DNA from: an uncultured Gammaproteobacteria bacterium
GTDB lineage: Bacteria > Patescibacteriota > Microgenomatia > Daviesbacterales > UBA10151
Length of the DNA stretch: 64,000 bases
Direction of reading: 5' to 3'
Assembly (NCBI GenBank): GCA_964446685.1
Contig: CAYUPO010000001.1
Location: 104,502-168,501, forward strand
The position numbers and the translations under genes were made by a program. The notes beneath the pieces were generated by a model that was given only the letters and a program-made list of their open reading frames with translations, made no database searches and was not told where the DNA came from. Positions 19,788 through 30,056 of this stretch are shown here, one piece after another (position 1 is the first letter of the stretch; the number at the start of each line of letters is the position of its first letter).

Positions 19788-20630
19788 ATGTATCTTTCAA
19801 TTGACATCGGTGGGACCCATATCCGGTTTGCCACCTCGGGTGATGGTAAGAAAATTTCTCAGAAAGAAAAGTTCCACACTCCGGCCAAATACGACGATGG
19901 AATTGATCTGATTGAAGAGACCATCGAACGGATGACTAATGGTCATATTCCAAAAAAGATTACTCTTGGGGCTGCCAGCCCAATCAACTATGAAAAAGGG
20001 ACTATTATGAAGCCCCCAGCTCTGCCAAATTGGGCCGGTCACTCAATCCGGAAAGAATTGGAACTTCGTCTCAGAACACATATTATTTTAGAAAATGATG
20101 CCTCTTTAGCCGGACTTGCAGAAGCCCATACCAGTAAAAAGAAACAGTCAGAGGTGGTGGCTTATATTACGCTAAGTACGGGTGTTGGCGGCTCCAGAAT
20201 AGTTAACGGCAAGATTGATTATCATGCCACACCATTTGAACCAGGACACCAAATTCTGGACCCTAAAGGCCGTTTTTGGCCCGGATGCGGACAGAGAGGA
20301 TGCTTTGAATCAATGGCCAGCGGACGGGCGTTTGAGATCACTTATGGAGTCAAACCAGAATTATGTGAAGATTTTAAAATTTGGGAGGAACATGCCCAGG
20401 TAGTCTCACAGGGTCTGGTAAATGTACTCACTTTGTGGTCCCCTGATGTTTTAGTATTGGGCGGCAGTCTGGTCAAAGCTGGAAAGAAATTTATAGATCC
20501 GCTGATGCATTTTACTATTAATAATCTGCAAATTTTTCCCGCTCCAAAAATAGAGATTTCTAAACTGGATGATAATAATGTATTACTCGGTGGATTTATC
20601 TTACAGCAGCAGAAAGATCCTAATCTTTGA
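19788..20630 (+). CDS. ROK-family sugar kinase (putative glucokinase)
   Basis: IDIGGTHIRFA, ENDASLAGLAE, TGVGGS motifs; start moved to internal MYLSIDIGG (19788) because the upstream stretch is an AT-rich spacer. Confidence 0.75.
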   Translation: MYLSIDIGGTHIRFATSGDGKKISQKEKFHTPAKYDDGIDLIEETIERMTNGHIPKKITLGAASPINYEKGTIMKPPALPNWAGHSIRKELELRLRTHIILENDASLAGLAEAHTSKKKQSEVVAYITLSTGVGGSRIVNGKIDYHATPFEPGHQILDPKGRFWPGCGQRGCFESMASGRAFEITYGVKPELCEDFKIWEEHAQVVSQGLVNVLTLWSPDVLVLGGSLVKAGKKFIDPLMHFTINNLQIFPAPKIEISKLDDNNVLLGGFILQQQKDPNL

Positions 20631-20631
20631 T

Positions 20632-21423
20632 TTACCTAACTTCGTAACTTAAAGTAACTGTCATCACAACTTCATTTTCGCCAGGATTAAGCTCAGTCTG
20701 GGCGCTGTCTTGATTGGAGCCGGCTGTCATTGTTTTGTTGTACATCAGAGGACTCTCACCCCGTCCACCTTCCTGGTAATTAATAATTTTGCCTAAATTA
20801 AATCCAGCAGCTTTAGCAGCTGTTTCTGCTTTAGCTTTGGCATCGGCAACTGCTTTGATCCGCGCTTCATTTTCAGCATTTGTTTTATCAACATTATTAA
20901 ACTGAACTCCGCCAATCTGATTGATGCCATTTTTAGTTCCAACATCAATCACTTTTTCCGCCAAATCTATTTTTCCGGCAACTACCACCAAAGTAGTGTT
21001 TGCCCGGTAAGAGACAGCTCTGGAATTGGGATCTTGGACTGCTGGTGGTGTGACTACTTTTTCGGCCGGAAGAGGGCGGTTGTCATAATTTTCATAAACA
21101 TTCAGATTTTCGGTTTTAATATCTTTATCGGCAATTCCTAAAGCTTTTAATTCTGTAGTAACTTTATTAATCACTTCATTCATCTTATTTTTAGCGACAT
21201 CGGCTGTGGCTCCGTCTGCGATCACACCAAGTCTGACAGTGGCTTTATCAGGTGTAATTGAAGCCTTGCCTTCACCTGTTACAGAAAATGCATCACTTTT
21301 TTGAGTTGTGGTACTGGTAACTGAAAAAGGAATCGGTCCAGCCAGTTTGGTATAAACAAACAATGAGAAAAGAATAAAAACAACTGTTAAGGCGATTAGC
21401 CCAAAAGTTCTTAAAAAAGCCAT
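20632..21423 (-). CDS. SIMPL-domain (DUF541) periplasmic protein
   Basis: 263 aa; N-terminal TM anchor; SIMPL-like body. Confidence 0.55.
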   Translation of the reverse strand: MAFLRTFGLIALTVVFILFSLFVYTKLAGPIPFSVTSTTTQKSDAFSVTGEGKASITPDKATVRLGVIADGATADVAKNKMNEVINKVTTELKALGIADKDIKTENLNVYENYDNRPLPAEKVVTPPAVQDPNSRAVSYRANTTLVVVAGKIDLAEKVIDVGTKNGINQIGGVQFNNVDKTNAENEARIKAVADAKAKAETAAKAAGFNLGKIINYQEGGRGESPLMYNKTMTAGSNQDSAQTELNPGENEVVMTVTLSYEVR

Positions 21424-21429
21424 TACTTA

Positions 21430-22110
21430 TTATTCACTTTTTTTCTGAGGAAAGTCAACAAATTTTCTCCGATAGTGAACTACTATTAACAACCATATCA
21501 CACCTATTAAATAAGCCCCGATGGTATCGGAAAACCAGTGAGCCCCTAAATAAATTCTTGATACACCAATTAATATTATTAACAAAAGACACACCATTTG
21601 GATTATTTTTTTAACTACACCTTTAGGTAAATAAAGATGGGATACATATAAAAGATACCCCACAAATCCAATATAAAATAAAACATGTCCGGAGGGGAAA
21701 GAGTCGGCTACTTTAAATGTACCAATCTGATTGATCAGATCCGGATCCGGACGTGGTCGGGCGACAACAGCTTTAAAAAAAATGCTTACAGCAACAGCTC
21801 CTGAAGTAGATATTATTAAAACAAAAGCATCATTTAGTTTGCGTAAATGCAGTAGTCCGAGTACTCCCGCAGCTAAAACTAAACTGCCGGGAACAGTGTT
21901 ACCGGCGAAAGTTAGAAGATTCATAAGTTCTGCAAAAACAGGATTTGAGACCTGTTGAATAGCTAATGTAATATATAAATCCAAAGGAAAAAATGTATAG
22001 GTTTTTACTAAAAAAGCTAATACGCCAAAAGAGATTACGATCAAAACAACCATTGCTTCAAACCAGCGGCTTCTTTTTCTAATCTCAGGTTTTGCAGGAG
22101 TGATATTCAT
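21430..22110 (-). CDS. PAP2-family membrane phosphatase
   Basis: 226 aa; PSGH and SRIYLGAHWFSD motifs. Confidence 0.75.
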   Translation of the reverse strand: MNITPAKPEIRKRSRWFEAMVVLIVISFGVLAFLVKTYTFFPLDLYITLAIQQVSNPVFAELMNLLTFAGNTVPGSLVLAAGVLGLLHLRKLNDAFVLIISTSGAVAVSIFFKAVVARPRPDPDLINQIGTFKVADSFPSGHVLFYIGFVGYLLYVSHLYLPKGVVKKIIQMVCLLLIILIGVSRIYLGAHWFSDTIGAYLIGVIWLLIVVHYRRKFVDFPQKKSE

Positions 22111-22682
22111 TTTAATTTCAGCATTTTAACAGATATGGCATAAAAAGAAAAAAATATCATGTTACATAAAACGGCAAATAAAATCGTAAATCCAAGGGTT
22201 GGCAAAAAAGTAAAGACATCCACAATATCCTGTAACACCCGCCCTGGTTGAGTAAACAGATAAAATGAATGTGTTCGCTCAATTTTTCCCATTGTAACGC
22301 CAAAAGCTATTGCAAAGTTCAGCACTATAGCAGCTGGGATTAATAAAGGATTCTCTCTTTTTCGGAAAACCGGAAATAATTTATTTAGCGGATACATTCC
22401 AAAAAGATAAGAAAAAATACCAAAAGTAAAAAGAAAAATATACTGCAGATATAAAACTATTTGTTCTGCAAAACTGCGGGAGGCAAAAAACTGTTTATTA
22501 AAATGCTGAAGATCGGTTACTAGATAAATGGTATTTGGTAAAAATAAAATCCATAACACCAAAAAAAATAATTTAAGATAAAAGTTTTTAAAATAAACCC
22601 AGAGTAACCCAAAAATCAATCCCAGACAGGCCAGGAAAATATTTAAAGACATCCATTCGAGATTTTGCAAAGCAATGGGCAT
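22107..22682 (-). CDS. integral membrane protein, unknown function
   Basis: 191 aa, multiple hydrophobic segments. Confidence 0.4.
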   Translation of the reverse strand: MPIALQNLEWMSLNIFLACLGLIFGLLWVYFKNFYLKLFFLVLWILFLPNTIYLVTDLQHFNKQFFASRSFAEQIVLYLQYIFLFTFGIFSYLFGMYPLNKLFPVFRKRENPLLIPAAIVLNFAIAFGVTMGKIERTHSFYLFTQPGRVLQDIVDVFTFLPTLGFTILFAVLCNMIFFSFYAISVKMLKLK

Positions 22683-22715
22683 TGAAATTAGTATAACGTA
22701 AAAGGATTGCAGAAA

Positions 22716-24017
22716 TTAACTGTTGATTATTTTTTCAAATTTAGTAGTTGATTTAAAAGGACCGATCAGCTGAAGATTGTATTTTTCTTTTCTAAATAAA
22801 TCTTTTGCAACAGCCATTACATCTTCAACCGTCACAGCATCTATCTGTTTGAGGTATTCATCAAAAGGCATCAGCTCCTGGTCTAAAATAAACTGAACAC
22901 CAAAATGCTCAGCCAGAAAATTTGTAGATTCACTTCTGAGAGCTAGTCTGCCTCTGATCATCTCCTTAGCTTTTTTCATTTCATCCATTGTGACAGGAGT
23001 TTTGGTGGTTGCTTCAAGTTCATCTTTGATGACTTTTAATCCCTCTTCTATTTTTTCCAGTTTTATTCCGGCTGACGCTACAAACATACCGGTATCAATA
23101 TATGACTCATGATCGGCTGATACATGATAAGCCAATCCCCTTCTTTCCCTGACCTGCATAAAAAGTCTGGATGACATTCCTTCACCTAAAATAGTAGCCA
23201 GGATTCTGGCAGCAAAACGACGTGGATCATGTCTGTCATAAGCTTCAACCCCCAACACTAAGTTTGCCTGATCAGTTTTTTTGTAATAGGCATGTACCCG
23301 GGACTTAGTTTGCTCAGTTTTTTTATAAGCCGGGACTTTAAATGAATTTCTTTTTGGTAAATCGGCAAAGTATTTTTCTGCCATTTCATCAATGTTTTTT
23401 GGTAGCTTTCCAGCAAAGACTAAGGCCATATTTTCCGGCGCATAAAGTGAATCAACATATTTTTCAAAATCCGGCTGACTGACTCCCATAATAGTTTTTT
23501 CATCTCCACCGATATCCCAGCCCAAAGGTTGGTCACCAAACTGAAGCTGCTCATACAGATCCCAGATGTATCTGGTTGGATTATCCCTATACATTCTCAA
23601 CTCTTCAATAATAACCCCTTTTTCTCGTTCAATTTCCGATTTATCCAGTAAAGATTCTTTAAGCATCGATGATAGAAGATCGGTTGCCAGTTCAACATGT
23701 TTGGCTGAAGATTTAATCCAGTAGAAAGTCCACTCTTTACTAGTTGCAGCATTGTTAACTGCCCCTATTCCATCGACCAGTGTTGCTATAACTTCAGCAG
23801 TTGGATATTTTTTACTGCCTTTAAAAAACATATGTTCCAAAAAGTGAGAAATACCATTTATTTTACGGGATTCATACCTGGAACCTGCACCAACAGAAAC
23901 TAAAGTAGTCACAGAGTCAACATGAGGCATTGGGATAGTAATCAGAGTCAAACCATTTTTAAGAGTCTTAATGTTGTACATGAAGGCAAGGATAACAAAC
24001 TTTGTATTTTGAATCAA
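22716..24017 (-). CDS. M16-family zinc peptidase (pitrilysin-like)
   Basis: 433 aa; inverted zinc motif HFLEHMFFKGS. Confidence 0.8.
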   Translation of the reverse strand: MIQNTKFVILAFMYNIKTLKNGLTLITIPMPHVDSVTTLVSVGAGSRYESRKINGISHFLEHMFFKGSKKYPTAEVIATLVDGIGAVNNAATSKEWTFYWIKSSAKHVELATDLLSSMLKESLLDKSEIEREKGVIIEELRMYRDNPTRYIWDLYEQLQFGDQPLGWDIGGDEKTIMGVSQPDFEKYVDSLYAPENMALVFAGKLPKNIDEMAEKYFADLPKRNSFKVPAYKKTEQTKSRVHAYYKKTDQANLVLGVEAYDRHDPRRFAARILATILGEGMSSRLFMQVRERRGLAYHVSADHESYIDTGMFVASAGIKLEKIEEGLKVIKDELEATTKTPVTMDEMKKAKEMIRGRLALRSESTNFLAEHFGVQFILDQELMPFDEYLKQIDAVTVEDVMAVAKDLFRKEKYNLQLIGPFKSTTKFEKIINS

Positions 24018-24018
24018 G

Positions 24019-24903
24019 CTAAATTACCAGAACATCCTTTTTATCAGGAATTATATTTGGTCTACCTGGCGGATTTAAAGTGTTTTCAGAAGGTATAAAC
24101 AGCACAAATATTAGATGTCCATTTGGTTGAGCTTGCACATATGATCTAGGTTGTCCAAAGTCATTTGACCCATCTACTCCGTGTGGAACAGCTTTGTTTT
24201 GCTTTTCATCAAAAATAGTCCTGTCTGCCCATACTTTAGGAGCAAATGGAGTCATTTTATTAACGATCGCTTTTAAATCATCATTAGCTATTTCATTTTC
24301 CCCAGCTTTCATCTGTGGGATTATTTTTCCGGATTTATCAACATTAAATTCTACTGATAACAAATCATCAAATCTTTCTCGGTTGGTCTGTATTAGAAAT
24401 TTAATATCAGGATCTGACCCAAGTGGAGAATTTCGATCTAAAATTAATTCATACTGTTTTGCGTTATGCTCAGGTATTTCTCTAATCCGAAACTGCCTAT
24501 TGTTCAAATTATTCGATTTATCTCCAACTAATTCTTTTAAAGCAGGATTATCATCAAGCAATCCAGGAAAATACTCTAAAGTTTTTTTCATACTTAAAAT
24601 AGCATCAGCATACTGCTCATTTTTATTAATTCCCCCGGTAGACTCTGCTGTTCTTGGAACCTCAGTCGGTTTCTTTATTGGTTCAGATTCAACTGATTTA
24701 GTTGTTAAATCAGGGATTGGGGTTGGAGTTGGAATTACAGGAGATTTTTTTATGTCAGGATTATCTTCTGTTAAAAGATACTTGGCAACTCCACCAGCAA
24801 TTATACCTTTAGCGGCAATTTCACCAACCTTTGCTGAAGCTTTTTTAAAAAAATCTCTTTTGCTTAAATGTTTTGATCTTTCTGGAGAAGGCCCATCTGA
24901 CAT
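24019..24903 (-). CDS. hypothetical secreted protein
   Basis: 294 aa; N-terminal hydrophobic segment, Pro/Thr-rich linker. Confidence 0.4.
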   Translation of the reverse strand: MSDGPSPERSKHLSKRDFFKKASAKVGEIAAKGIIAGGVAKYLLTEDNPDIKKSPVIPTPTPIPDLTTKSVESEPIKKPTEVPRTAESTGGINKNEQYADAILSMKKTLEYFPGLLDDNPALKELVGDKSNNLNNRQFRIREIPEHNAKQYELILDRNSPLGSDPDIKFLIQTNRERFDDLLSVEFNVDKSGKIIPQMKAGENEIANDDLKAIVNKMTPFAPKVWADRTIFDEKQNKAVPHGVDGSNDFGQPRSYVQAQPNGHLIFVLFIPSENTLNPPGRPNIIPDKKDVLVI

Positions 24904-24941
24904 ATTTCTAGCATATCATATTGATGTATTAGTTAAAATTT

Positions 24942-25712
24942 TTAAATATAAAAAGACAAAAAGATAAGGGCCAGAATAATTCTGTATACCCCAAAAGCCA
25001 CAAATGTATTTTTTTGGACAAATTTTAGAAACCATTTTATGACCAGTAAGGCTGTAATAAATGAACCAATAAATCCAACTGCAATTAATCCCCATTCACT
25101 ACCTGAAAAAGAAAAATCAGATTTAACTAAATCATAGCCTGTTGCTGCCAGCATTGTTGGAACTGCCAGTAAAAATGAAAACTCGACAGCTACTTCCCTT
25201 TTGGCACCCAGAAACATTCCGCCTAAAATAGTGGCAGCTGATCTCGATACTCCAGGAATAATGGAAACAGACTGAGCTAAACCAATCAAAAATGACTGTT
25301 TAATTGTTAACTTATTAATAGAACTGGTATGACTATCTTTTGCATGATGAATTTTTTCTAGAAAAATCAGTAGGATTCCTCCAATGAGTAAAGATGTAAC
25401 TGTGATTAAAGGGTTTTCCAGCAACACATCTTTGACAATCCGATAAAGCGCGAAACCAATCAGCGCTGTGGGGATAAATGCCACAATGACATTTTTCCAG
25501 ACAGTCATATCCTGAATATATTTTTTAATAAATAAAACAACCACCGCCAATATTGCACCCAGCTGAATATAAATTTCAAAACTTTTGACAAATTCTGTCT
25601 GAGCTATTCCCAGAAGCTGGCTGGTTAAAATCAGATGACCGGTCGAGGAAACAGGTAAAAACTCAGTAATGCCCTCTACAATAGATAAAATTACAGCCTG
25701 GAAAATATTCAT
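24942..25712 (-). CDS. uppP: undecaprenyl-diphosphatase (UppP/BacA)
   Basis: 256 aa; EFLPVSSTGHL motif. Confidence 0.9.
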   Translation of the reverse strand: MNIFQAVILSIVEGITEFLPVSSTGHLILTSQLLGIAQTEFVKSFEIYIQLGAILAVVVLFIKKYIQDMTVWKNVIVAFIPTALIGFALYRIVKDVLLENPLITVTSLLIGGILLIFLEKIHHAKDSHTSSINKLTIKQSFLIGLAQSVSIIPGVSRSAATILGGMFLGAKREVAVEFSFLLAVPTMLAATGYDLVKSDFSFSGSEWGLIAVGFIGSFITALLVIKWFLKFVQKNTFVAFGVYRIILALIFLSFYI

Positions 25713-26380
25713 TTACCGTAAACCTGTTTGAAGTGTGACAACATCTTCTCAACAGATTCTTTACTGGAGGCGGTGGTATTTTCAATAATTACAGCATCTG
25801 GTGCAATCCTTAAAGGTGAGATTTTACGAGTCATATCTTTTTTATCACGGTCAATCATATCCTCCAAGACTTGTTCATACATAATATCCGGATCCTTTTC
25901 CCGAAGCTGAGCCAGTCTTCTGAAAGCCCGGATCTGAATATCAGCTGTCAGATAAAATTTGAGTTTGGCATCAGGAAATATCTCAGTGCCGATATCACGA
26001 CCTGCCATGACAGTATTTTGCTCCAAAGCCACTTTTCTCTGAAGTCTGGTAGAAGCTTCTCTGACTTTTTTATACATGCTGACAATCGGAACTGCTTTGG
26101 TAACTTCTGGATTGTGTAAAATATCTGAGACATCTTCACCATTTAGAAATGTGTGCATTTTATCATTGATATCTTTAAATTCGATCTGAGCTGAGGCAAA
26201 AATTTCTGCAACTTTATCCTCATCATCCAAAGAAATTTTTTGCTTCAAAATAAGCAAGGTTCCGGCGCGAAAAATGGTTCCTGAATCAACATAGTGAAAC
26301 CCGATATTTTTGGAGAAAAGATAACCAACGGAAGATTTTCCGGAAGAAGTAGGACCGTCAATAGGAATTACAATGGACAC
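25709..26380 (-). CDS. cmk: cytidylate kinase
   Basis: 223 aa; IDGPTSSGKSS P-loop, CMP-kinase layout. Confidence 0.85.
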   Translation of the reverse strand: MSIVIPIDGPTSSGKSSVGYLFSKNIGFHYVDSGTIFRAGTLLILKQKISLDDEDKVAEIFASAQIEFKDINDKMHTFLNGEDVSDILHNPEVTKAVPIVSMYKKVREASTRLQRKVALEQNTVMAGRDIGTEIFPDAKLKFYLTADIQIRAFRRLAQLREKDPDIMYEQVLEDMIDRDKKDMTRKISPLRIAPDAVIIENTTASSKESVEKMLSHFKQVYGK

Positions 26381-26504
26381 TAAAAATGAATTATATAGAT
26401 GTAGGCAGATACAAGCAATACTTAGAATTTAAAATTTTCATTTATAAATAATAACTGATTCTAAACAATGTAATGAATGTAAGAAATGTGATATAATTTA
26501 TACT

Positions 26505-27146
26505 ATGAGATCTGATTCAGAGAAACAGCTTGAGAAAGTTACAAGTATGCTCGAAAAACAACGGCGTGAAGCTTTATTGTTGGCCTTTCGAGCAGAAGAA
26601 GCTAGACAATTATTGCTAAATGGAACATTTTCACCTGACAAATTAATAAACGAATTAATAGGTGATCTAAATCATTTTGGTACGGTTGAGCACAGAGGTC
26701 ATGCAGTGGTAGATTTCAAAGAGATAGCTCGCCGTTTGGAGGGATCATCTGTAATAAATACTGAGATTCCGGAAGACAGAATAGTTTCTGCAGGCCCTTA
26801 TAGTTTAAATGCAACTACAAGATTACTCACGATTAGTGGCCCTTATAAAGCCATTAATTTAGGATCAAATCAAGAAATAGTAAAAAAGCTGGATAATATC
26901 CCAACCCGTCTTTTAGAAATACTTATGGTAAATGCTGGAAGAATTGTGCCTTATATAAGTATGGAAGACTGGGGATGGCAAGATGATGGGTTTGATCACA
27001 GATTGCATATATCTCCTTATATGAGCCATATCAGAAATGCAGTTTTGGATTCAAAAAATCCTAAAAATCCTACCAGATTCAGACTGATAAATAATCACAT
27101 CCAGGCTGGTTATTCATTTGATTTTGACAATACTTTAAGAAGATAG
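26505..27146 (+). CDS. hypothetical protein
   Basis: 213 aa ORF. Confidence 0.4.
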   Translation: MRSDSEKQLEKVTSMLEKQRREALLLAFRAEEARQLLLNGTFSPDKLINELIGDLNHFGTVEHRGHAVVDFKEIARRLEGSSVINTEIPEDRIVSAGPYSLNATTRLLTISGPYKAINLGSNQEIVKKLDNIPTRLLEILMVNAGRIVPYISMEDWGWQDDGFDHRLHISPYMSHIRNAVLDSKNPKNPTRFRLINNHIQAGYSFDFDNTLRR

Positions 27147-27171
27147 TTGATCTAAGTGGTATAATATATCT

Positions 27172-27384
27172 ATGAATCTATTGAATTCAGAAAGAAGCTT
27201 TTCAAGAGTTGCACAGTTAAAAAGATTAAATAATTTTAGACCAAAACTCCCATCAACTGTGGATGAAGCAAATCAATTGGTTAATGAGGCTCAAAAGTTA
27301 CATAGACTCGGCGATAAGGCTAAAGGATTTTTGCGTTTTGCTCAACATGCGCAAGCTAATTTAAATAAAGAGTTATCTAAATAA
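27172..27384 (+). CDS. hypothetical small protein
   Basis: 70 aa ORF. Confidence 0.25.
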   Translation: MNLLNSERSFSRVAQLKRLNNFRPKLPSTVDEANQLVNEAQKLHRLGDKAKGFLRFAQHAQANLNKELSK

Positions 27385-27401
27385 TTTCCCCTCGGATCAG
27401 T

Positions 27402-28718
27402 TCAAGTAATTTTATTTTTTAGATATTTTTTATCTTTTAATTTATCAGGCAGTAAACTTTGATCTGTATACATTTCATAGCCTTTGCCGTATCCCACCTC
27501 TTTCATCAGCTTGGTTGGTGCATTTCTTAAGCTCATTGGTATAGGTAAATTGCCGTATTGTTTGACATCGGCCTGAGCTGCTCTGAATGCATCATAGGAT
27601 GTGCGGTCTTTTTTGGCAGATGCCAGATACACCACTCCATGAGCTAAATTAATACCACACTCTGGGTAGCCAATTGTTTCACAGGCTCTGAACACTTCAT
27701 TTGCCACAACCAAAGCTGTGGGTTGCGCCATACCAATATCTTCAGAAGCAAAGATCACCATTCTTCTGGCAATAAATAAAGGATCCTCCCCTGCTTCAAT
27801 CATTCTGGCTAAATAATAAAGAGCAGCATCAGGATTTGATGCCCGCATTGATTTGATAAAAGCTGAAATTGTATTGTAATGCTCTTCCCCGCCTTTGTCA
27901 TAAGCTAAAGCTTTGTGCTGGAGAGCCTCTTCAATAAGTTCTTTGGTGATTCTACCCTTGTCATGCTGAACCGATTCGGTCTGAGCCTCACGGTCGAAGA
28001 CTTGTTTCAGCATCTTCCCCTTGAATAAGTTCTCATTTTGATCAGCTTGAGAATTGGCAGATCCTGAAACAAGTTCAGGATGACAAAAATACGAAGCTAT
28101 TTCCAAAGTGTTCAAAATCATTCTGGCATCTCCGTTTGAATGTTCAATTAAAAATTCCTGAGCATCTTTAGCAATTTTTAGTTTTAAGTTTCCTAATCCT
28201 TTTTCTTTGTCTTTTAAAGCCCGGTTTATTAACTCTGAAATATCTTCCGGTTTTAGAGACTCTAATACAAACACTCTGGAACGGGATAACAACGGGGAAA
28301 TAATCTCAAAGCTGGGATTCTCAGTCGTCGCCCCAATCAGAGTGATTGTGCCATTTTCAACATATGATAAAAATGCATCCTGCTGGGCTTTATTAAAACG
28401 ATGAATTTCATCAATAAAAACAATAGTCTGCTTTTTTGAAAATAAAGTCCTTTGCCCTTTTAACTCTTCAAAGATTTTTTTCAGATCAGCTATTCCGGTA
28501 GTAACCGCTGAAAATTCCATAAAATCTGAATCTGTTTCATTGGCAATAATCCGGGCTAAGGTGGTTTTACCGACTCCCGGAGGACCCCAGAACATCATAG
28601 AAAAAATCCGGTTTTCTTTAATTGCGTTATAAAGCAGTTTACCAGGAGCTAAAATATGCTTTTGACCAACATAATCAGCGAGGGACTGCGGACGCATTCG
28701 GTCAGATAATGGAATCAT
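27402..28718 (-). CDS. rarA: replication-associated recombination protein A (RarA/MgsA AAA+ ATPase), carrying an in-frame palindromic-element insertion
   Basis: 438 aa; Walker [10 protein letters not shown], Walker B FIDEIH; repeat copy at 27965-28011 encodes [15 protein letters not shown]. Confidence 0.85.
   Translation of the reverse strand: MIPLSDRMRPQSLADYVGQKHILAPGKLLYNAIKENRIFSMMFWGPPGVGKTTLARIIANETDSDFMEFSAVTTGIADLKKIFEELKGQRTLFSKKQTIVFIDEIHRFNKAQQDAFLSYVENGTITLIGATTENPSFEIISPLLSRSRVFVLESLKPEDISELINRALKDKEKGLGNLKLKIAKDAQEFLIEHSNGDARMILNTLEIASYFCHPELVSGSANSQADQNENLFKGKMLKQVFDREAQTESVQHDKGRITKELIEEALQHKALAYDKGGEEHYNTISAFIKSMRASNPDAALYYLARMIEAGEDPLFIARRMVIFASEDIGMAQPTALVVANEVFRACETIGYPECGINLAHGVVYLASAKKDRTSYDAFRAAQADVKQYGNLPIPMSLRNAPTKLMKEVGYGKGYEMYTDQSLLPDKLKDKKYLKNKIT
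27965..28011. mobile_element. palindromic element inserted in-frame in rarA
   Basis: GCTGAACCGATTCGGTCTGAGCCTCACGGTCGAAGACTTGTTTCAGC; paralog of 51-98. Confidence 0.65.
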
Positions 28719-28878
28719 AATGAATATATAGTAGATGGTATATAGTATTTAGAGATTTGTATACTGTAATTTTATCAACCATATCTACCGAGCAATATGA
28801 TAACCGAAAGAAAGACGAAGGTCAATTAAGTAACTCATAAAACACTCTCTAAGCCATAGGATTTGCTGAATTAAATAG

Positions 28879-29994
28879 TTATTGCTTAAATTGTCTTATA
28901 TTGTCAGGTTGATGCTGAGATTTCAGAGTTTCAGCTGCATTTAGATTGTTAAGGTGCTCTCCCATCAGCATAACCAGGTTGGGATCTTGAAATACTCCTG
29001 GCTGATTTGAGAACACCTGCAGATCTTTTTTAGCCTGATCCAACACCCCCCAATCTAATGTTAAATCTTGGGCAGCCTGAGGATGGAATTCATTCATAAA
29101 TCGAAGTGCCATAACAGCAGATAAGGCATTACTACCCAGATGAAACTGTTCAGAGGTGCATGCATCTGACTGATATGTCATCCTAGCTTTTCCAATATTT
29201 GATTCATCTTTGGGGTGGACTGCAATTTTTTTATGGTCTGGTGGATACAACTGACCCTGAGTGGCTTTTTCCAAAAAACTAGCCGCTAAAGCAAATGCTT
29301 GCCCCTGTCTGGATCCCCCATGTCTGAGTGGAACATCATAAACATCGATCTGATCGGCTTTTTCAGGAAAAGCTTCCTTTAAACGTATCGCGAGTGACAT
29401 ACTTTTAAATGTTTCCTCAGAATTAATTTTTGAGGGATCATCAATCCGATTGGTATAAAAAAGCTGACCATTCAACATCTTAAACCAATTTCCAGTATCA
29501 GCATTAAACTGTGGATGTCCAGTCTCTAAACTGCCTGTACTTTGCCGTAAATTGGCTAACATATACGCTTTATAAAGATCCCCTTCATAGTGCTCAGAAT
29601 AAGGTAACACTACGCCTGTAATCGAATACTGATAAAATTCATTGATGGCCGTTTCAGCAACTCTTTCAGAAGTTGTTCGGGGTAGTTTCTGGGGTAATTC
29701 ACCTTGCTGCTGCAGTAGTCTGCCGCTTGTCCCTGCTAATAAACCATTATTTTGAAAGATGGATTTCAAATATAGATCTTTTTCAGCTTGAATAGTTTGT
29801 CCACTGGTATCATTTTCCGGTGATGGTATTTCTATTTGTTCAACTGCCTGATCCATTATCATCATTCTGGCAGTAGAATTTGGATTTGGCAAGAGCATCA
29901 CTCCTGGTAAAAGCGGCGTATCTGTCCGAATTGAAAAAAAAGTGACTTCGCCTTCCCCAAAAGGATAGGCTGAAGCCGTCCGTTCAGCAAACAT
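28879..29994 (-). CDS. hypothetical protein
   Basis: 371 aa ORF, no motif recognised. Confidence 0.4.
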   Translation of the reverse strand: MFAERTASAYPFGEGEVTFFSIRTDTPLLPGVMLLPNPNSTARMMIMDQAVEQIEIPSPENDTSGQTIQAEKDLYLKSIFQNNGLLAGTSGRLLQQQGELPQKLPRTTSERVAETAINEFYQYSITGVVLPYSEHYEGDLYKAYMLANLRQSTGSLETGHPQFNADTGNWFKMLNGQLFYTNRIDDPSKINSEETFKSMSLAIRLKEAFPEKADQIDVYDVPLRHGGSRQGQAFALAASFLEKATQGQLYPPDHKKIAVHPKDESNIGKARMTYQSDACTSEQFHLGSNALSAVMALRFMNEFHPQAAQDLTLDWGVLDQAKKDLQVFSNQPGVFQDPNLVMLMGEHLNNLNAAETLKSQHQPDNIRQFKQ

Positions 29995-30056
29995 AGTATT
30001 TCTTATATTAATGCTAGAAGTAATGGATCAGCTAATCTTGACAGGAAGTGGACAAT

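Noticed and set aside
24194-24967. 257-aa ORF on the plus strand
   Set aside because: Lies entirely antisense to the 294-aa minus-strand ORF and the uppP end. It is low complexity and Ser/Leu-rich, typical of a shadow ORF in AT-rich DNA.
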